From assembly GCA_014905635.1 (NCBI GenBank), contig JABVCE010000078.1:122001-154396 (forward strand): 32,396 nucleotides of DNA, given 5' to 3'. This document shows, one piece after another, positions 26,541 through 32,396 of the stretch; position 1 is the first letter of the stretch, and the number at the start of each line of letters is the position of its first letter. The position numbers were made by a program, and so were the translations under genes. Source of the DNA: Scenedesmus sp. PABB004. Lineage: Eukaryota. Below the pieces are notes generated by a model. It was not told where the DNA came from, ran no database searches, and saw only the letters and a list, made by a program, of their open reading frames with translations.

Positions 26541-29500
26541 ATGTTTGTAACAATGTCTTTAGTGACTTCAATAAAAGACTATATTGAAGTTGTTCATAAA
26601 TTAATTGAAACAGATCCAAGTTTCAAAATAGATAGTTATTATGACTTTGGGTCAATAGTTACCTTTATTATCTTATCTGGAAAAGAAATTCTTCAAAATA
26701 TTTTAACCTTTCAATGGTTTCATGCATTTTGGTCAATTCCAACACTCGTTCCAGACATTGCGTCAGCAATGATTTCTGAGATTTCTGTTTTTGATGGTTC
26801 TCTCCAAAATACACAAGCAGTTTTCGAAAAACCTATTTCATATGGTGAGTCAAATTTTTTCATTTCTTGTAGTGAAAAGTTTATGATTGGATTATTCAAT
26901 AGTTTATTTTTATGTTTGCCAACTTCAATTGCTCATATCATTACACTTCGTCGATTTGTGATGCAAGGATTAGAAGCAGGTTTTATTTCTGGTTTAGGAA
27001 CAATAGCAGGAAACGTGTTTTGGATTGGAAGTATTATTTTTGGTTTACGATTTGTTGTTATTCCATGGTTATCATTTGATTTATTCCGAGCGTTTTTAGG
27101 TTTTGTTTTAATTGTAAAATACATGTGGGATAGCTATACGGAAAGAAGAACTGTTTTAGAAGACTTATCAAAATATAAAATTTTTTTCTTAACATTTCTT
27201 TTATCATTTACAGAACAAACAACAATTTATCCATTTATTAGTAATCTTTCTTTAGGTTCTGATTCAACACTTTTTGAAAGTTTTCCAACAGAAAACTTCT
27301 ATGAATTTGGCTTTGTTCATTTTTCATATTTATTAGGTATTTTCGTTGGAAGTTTAAGTCTTTTACAATTTACATGTTGGTTTTGGGAAAATCCTGCTTT
27401 TCAAATTTACATGTGGTTTATTTCGTCTTTTAAGACAACAACAAGTCTTTATTCAAAAATTGTGAACTTAACATTTTTATATTTAACAATGATTTGCGCA
27501 ATTTCAAATATTTCATATTTTGGTTTAGATTATACCTTAACAAATCCATTAGGTTTTGTTCATGAAGATCGTTTATTGGAACAAAAAGCTTTACTCGAAA
27601 CATCCTTTTTAAATACAAAAGCTTCAGATAGAAATACACGAAGAAATCGAGGACGTCATGGAAGACGTGAACGCTGGAAACGTCGAGTAAGAAGATATCG
27701 AACTTTTGATGCTTCTTTATATGATCAAGGTGTTTATGATTTATTAACGCTTGAAGATTTAAATTATGGCTTTGATCGTTTTTGGTTACGAAGAAAAATC
27801 CGAAATCATCGAGTTCGTTTTCGATTTTTCCCAGGTCCTTGGATGAGATCTTTTAAAAAGCAATTATCTCGACCACGATTAGAATCTTTCATGGGACCCC
27901 GAGTTGAATTTTTTCGAATTCTCTTTGAACAAGCATACCATCCTGAATTTCATGAATTTTCGACAAAAAAAAATGTTTTAAAAAAAGAAAAACCAATCAT
28001 CACTCTTTTCATCAGCGAAAGGTGAAGAAAATGCATTTCAAATGCCATTTTTTGGTGAGAAAAAAGGCTCTGCAGAAAACACACCAAATGATCTTTCTTC
28101 ATTAAGCAATCGTGAAAAGATTCATTCAATTTATTGGAATTCTTCAAATGGAAAGAAAAAAGAAAGACTTTTCAAAGAAAAATCAACCTTACGAAAATTT
28201 GTTCGAAAAGTCAATAGTCGTATTAAACTTGCAAAAATTGAGACTGAAGTCAAAAATCCACAAAATTTTGCAATTTCTTTGGAAAATTCCAAAATTTTCA
28301 CTGCGCCTATTTCTTCAAAAGCTTGGAAATCGTTTTCAAATCAAAATCCTATTTCGACAAGTATTCTTTCACAAAAAGAGGAAAAGAATATGTCAAATGC
28401 AAGTATTTTCAAAAAATCAGAAGAAAATTTATTATTCCAACGTTTTTATAAAAAACTTTTTTTTACAAAAGAGAAATCACAAACCTTTTTGGTATTCCAT
28501 ATGAATCAACTTCAAACCTCTTTTCAGGAAAGTCACAAAATGAGTTCACTCCACATTTCTCAAAAAAAGATAGATTTTTAGAACGTTATCGCAATTTTTT
28601 ACAAAGTTCACCTGAAAAAAGTCAAAATTTGACAAATCGTCAAAAGAAAAAACAAAAAACATGCTTCCTTTTGAATATGAAGGAAAAAATGTTCAATCTT
28701 TAAAAAATTCAATTTTCCCATTAACAACTGAAAATTTCGGAAGAACAACTTCTGGCCAAACTGAAACGCTTTTCAAAAATGAAAAACTTTCAAAGACTGA
28801 ACTTCAATCAAATCTTCGTCCTCTTCAAAATGAAAGTCAATATCGCCCAATTACTTTACTTCATCCATTAACGTTTTATTTCCAAAAAGAAAAGCCTTAA
28901 AAGAAAATTTCAATTTTATGGGGTGAAACTTTTCCGAAATTTTGGCATTGAAAATAATGCGCCATACTTTCGAGTAATGATGAAACGATTTTTTTATCAT
29001 TATAAACCAACTTTACGTTGGGAACGAACGTTACGTGTTGCGACAATGCGTCGAGCACGCCGTAAAAGTTCTCGAATTCCAAGGAAATTTAATATTCAAA
29101 AAAACTCACAAATTCTTGCAAATAGTTCACTCATTGAAAATTCCGGAGAAAATTTCAATCCTCAACAATCTCTTCCTGAATCAGGAATAACAAAACCAAC
29201 ACATTTCTATTCACTTGTTGAAAAACGTGCAAGTCGTTACCGTTATCAAATTTATAAGACGTTTTACAACATTGGTATTATTCACCTCTCAATCGTTTTC
29301 TTTTAAAATTAGATGTTGATTCATTTATTCGTCGTCAACCAAATTCATATTTTTTAACAAAAACAGATGAAAAATTTTTACATTTAAAACGTCAACTTTT
29401 ATCAGAATATTATGAAACATTACGTTGGTATACATATATGCAACATTATAGCACAATGAAAAATCAAATTGGTGGAACAAAAAGTCTTTCAAGTCGTGCT

Positions 29501-32396
29501 TATAATCAACAATTTGTTGGAACATTCAAAAAAATCCGCCATCTTTTTAATATTACACCAAGTTTCCGTGAAAGTACTGTGTTAAAATTTGATCAACCAT
29601 TATTTAATGAATATAAAAATAGTCAAAGCTCTTCAATCTTTAATGATTCAATTATGCACGAAGAATTATTAGCGGATGATTTTTTCTTTGTTGAGAAAAA
29701 AGAGAAAAACGAAAACTCTTCAGGAATTGTTGAAGCAGGAAAAAAAGTTCGTTTACCTGATGATTTAACGAATCAATCTGCAAAAATTTTGCGTGAATAT
29801 TTACGAGAAGCTACGCCTATTCGACAAGAATATATTCAAACATTATTAGAAGAAAAAAATTATTGGGATTTAACAAAATTTTTGTTTAAAGGTCAAAAAA
29901 TTCGTGGAACAAATCCTATTGCAAACGAAACAGACTTTTTCAATCAAGAAAAAAATTACTTATTGAATTCTGATTTTCAAAATCCAAATTTTGCAAAAAA
30001 AAAATTGGAGATGAACTGTGGTTAACACTTCTAAAAAAATGTCAAAATAAATTATATGATCAAGAAGCTTTAAAAAACTACGTGACTTTAAAGAAAGAAA
30101 AATATCAAATGAAAAAACAAAAACATGAAAAATATCTAAACAATCGATTAGAACGAATGAAAGAAGCATTTCTTTTCCAAACTTTGAATAAAAAAACACT
30201 TGAGCAAAATCAATCTGCTTTTGAGTTTGAAAATTTTTCAGGCTATACCTCATCGCTTCAAAAAGCAATGAAAGAAAGCATTTTATGGGGGAAAATTCTT
30301 TCGGTGATGAAACTTCTTCTTTGGATACTGTTGAGAAATTTTTTGCAAGAAAGAATTTTCTTCAAAAAATAAATATTCGAAATAATCGTCCAAATCTTTA
30401 TGCATCTTTGCAAGACCCAAATCTTTTTGACAAAAATGGAAACAACGTTCAAGTGGAGAAAAAAACATCTTCGAAAATTTCACCACAAATCAATGCACAA
30501 AAACTTCGCTCACTTCTATTTACAACAAATCTCAAAAATTCAGTGAAAACAAAAGCTCTTGAAATTCGTGAAGCTGAAAATTTATTTCACCAAAAATTTT
30601 CAAAAAGAAAAGAGAGAAAAAAATCATTTGGCAACAATTTTGGACCTTTCCAATCAATGAAAAAATTTCTTTGGAATACACTTCGTCTTCAAAATTTTTC
30701 TGGTGTGAAAGAAAAAATCGAACCTATTTCAACATCGTCAAAACAAATTTCTGAAAAAATTCCATTTTTTTCAAAACTTTTCTCAATAGGAAAATATAGT
30801 TTTCGTGGAACACCAAATAAAAACTTAGATTTTTGGAAAAAACGTGAAAATGCTCTTTCAAAACGAAGAAAAATCAGAAAACTTTAAAACGTTTAAGAAA
30901 TCAAAAAGCTGCAAATACAAAAATTCTTTTTGAAAATAATGAATTTTTTTGATCCAAATGTCCCAACTTTGAACAAAGGTACTCGAGAAAAGCCAAGTCG
31001 TCAAAAAAATGACCAACTTGGACGTTCTTTTGAAAGTTCACAAAGAAAAGAAAAGAAGAATCACGTCGTTCACAAGCTTGGAAAAAATATTCTTCATCTC
31101 GTTCACGAGCAGATTCGGCATCAGAAGGTTCAGTTCCTGCAGAAACGAAAAAATCTTTTTTTTCAAAAACTCACATTTCTTCCTCAAAATATTTTCAAAG
31201 AAGGTGGTCAAAAGTTCTGGACAAAAAAATTCCAAAGAAAACGTTCTCGCCTTCGTCGTTATAGTTCATTTAAAGGGCGTGGTCCAATTAAAAAACGAAC
31301 ATTACGCGAAAAATTAAACGTCAATTTAAATCATTAAAAAATATGGAGGAACTCTTGAAAGTTCGACATCTCAACAAATGCAACTTGAACGTGAAAAGAA
31401 AAAAATTGAACTTATTCAATTAATTACCCAAAGAACATCAGAATCAAAAATGCTTCGTCCTGAAGACCAAAATTTTCAAAAACGTGACCAAAAACGAAGA
31501 ACTCGACAAATTAAACATCGTGCATGGAAAAAGAAAAAACAAATTTCGCTCAAAAACGTCGAAAATTAAGAAAACGTCGTCGTTCAACTATTTCGAAAAT
31601 TCGTGTGTTTAATAAAAAACTCCAACGAATTCTTTCAAAAAAAGAAATTCAAACTTGGTGGTGGCAAATCTTTTTTCCAACATTTCAAAAAACAACTGAA
31701 AAAAATTGGCAAATTGAAAAAAACATGCAAATTCGTAAAGAATTATTTGATCTTTCAGAAAAAGAAATTTTAGAACGTGATCAAAATACATTTGACTATA
31801 CAGGAGAAGGTGCACTTCCATCAAATTCACTGAATTTTTTACAAATTGGTGATAAAGATTATAAACCATTGTCTATTCCTCAAGCTTTGCGTATACGTGA
31901 AAAATTAATCCAAAATGAAATTTTACGTTTTAGTAATCCACAAATTCAAACAACGTTGTCAAATGGGGTTGATTCAACATACGCTTCAACAAATGAAAAC
32001 AGCTCAATTGAGTTCAAAAGAAAGAGTTGAAAATTCACAAATTTTCTCCAATAATAGAGCAAAAAATCCAAATTTTGTGGAAACTTTGACAAAAAATATT
32101 TCAAAAAATCAATATGAGAATTTTCAATTCGCACAAACTGGATCTGTTGAGAAATTTTTTGTTGGAACAAATCCTATTCCATTTTATGCTGGTTGGGATG
32201 AAAGTTTACGAAAATTTGTAATTACAAATCGTCTATTATCAAGAAAAGATTCTTTTTCTTTTCACCAAAGGAATGAATACATTTTTCAAATCGGCAAAAA
32301 ATGAAGAGAGTTCTTTGCAAGAATTTTCAAAAGCACCTCTGCAAGGTATGAATGCTGCTACAACATTATATTGGCAATTCCATTTACAACATATGA
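26541..32396 (+). CDS. ycf1: Ycf1 (Tic214), 3'-truncated by window. Intact to about 27960, then broken by about 15 frameshift points in A/T runs
   Basis: N-terminal multi-TM domain (GLFNSLFLCLPTSIAHIITLRRFVMQG), RRNRGRHGRRERWK. Downstream green-algal Ycf1-like blocks are recovered across frames: YKPTLRWERT, YQIYKDVLQHWYYSP, RAYNQQFVGTFKKIRHLF, PFYAGWDESLRKF, APLQGMNAATTLYWQIPFTTY. Confidence 0.92.

Noticed and set aside
28042..32304. ycf1 ORF pieces as separate genes, or stop-codon reassignment
   Set aside because: Conserved motifs run across the breaks and need frame changes rather than read-through. Other genes end at normal TAA/TAG.

Overview
AT-rich chloroplast genome segment of a chlorophycean green alga. 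Gene content and order suggest Sphaeropleales/Scenedesmaceae-like (inference). All recognisable genes lie on the + strand: 3' part of an expanded rpoC2, trnT(UGU), a 3474-aa ftsH/ycf2-type gene, atpH, atpF, psbC, the rRNA operon (rrs-trnI-trnA-rrl-rrf), trnS(GCU) and the 5' ~5.9 kb of ycf1. rrl carries a group I intron at the L2593 site encoding an I-CreI/I-MsoI-family LAGLIDADG endonuclease. Less ordinary observations: (1) a REP-like dispersed hairpin family (TTCACC-NNNN-GGTGAA, about 13 copies) in spacers, inside rrl and in-frame in rpoC2/ycf1; (2) about 15 frameshift points in ycf1, all in A/T runs, most likely assembly error; (3) a 48-bp perfect palindrome and a 10-bp tandem repeat in the unexplained trnS-ycf1 spacer; (4) a near-consensus promoter with its -35 inside a 32-bp inverted repeat; (5) a variant anti-Shine-Dalgarno; (6) substitutions at homing-endonuclease target sites in rrl. 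I cannot support a wholly new protein-coding system. The repeat family and the trnS-ycf1 spacer are the best candidates for undescribed biology.
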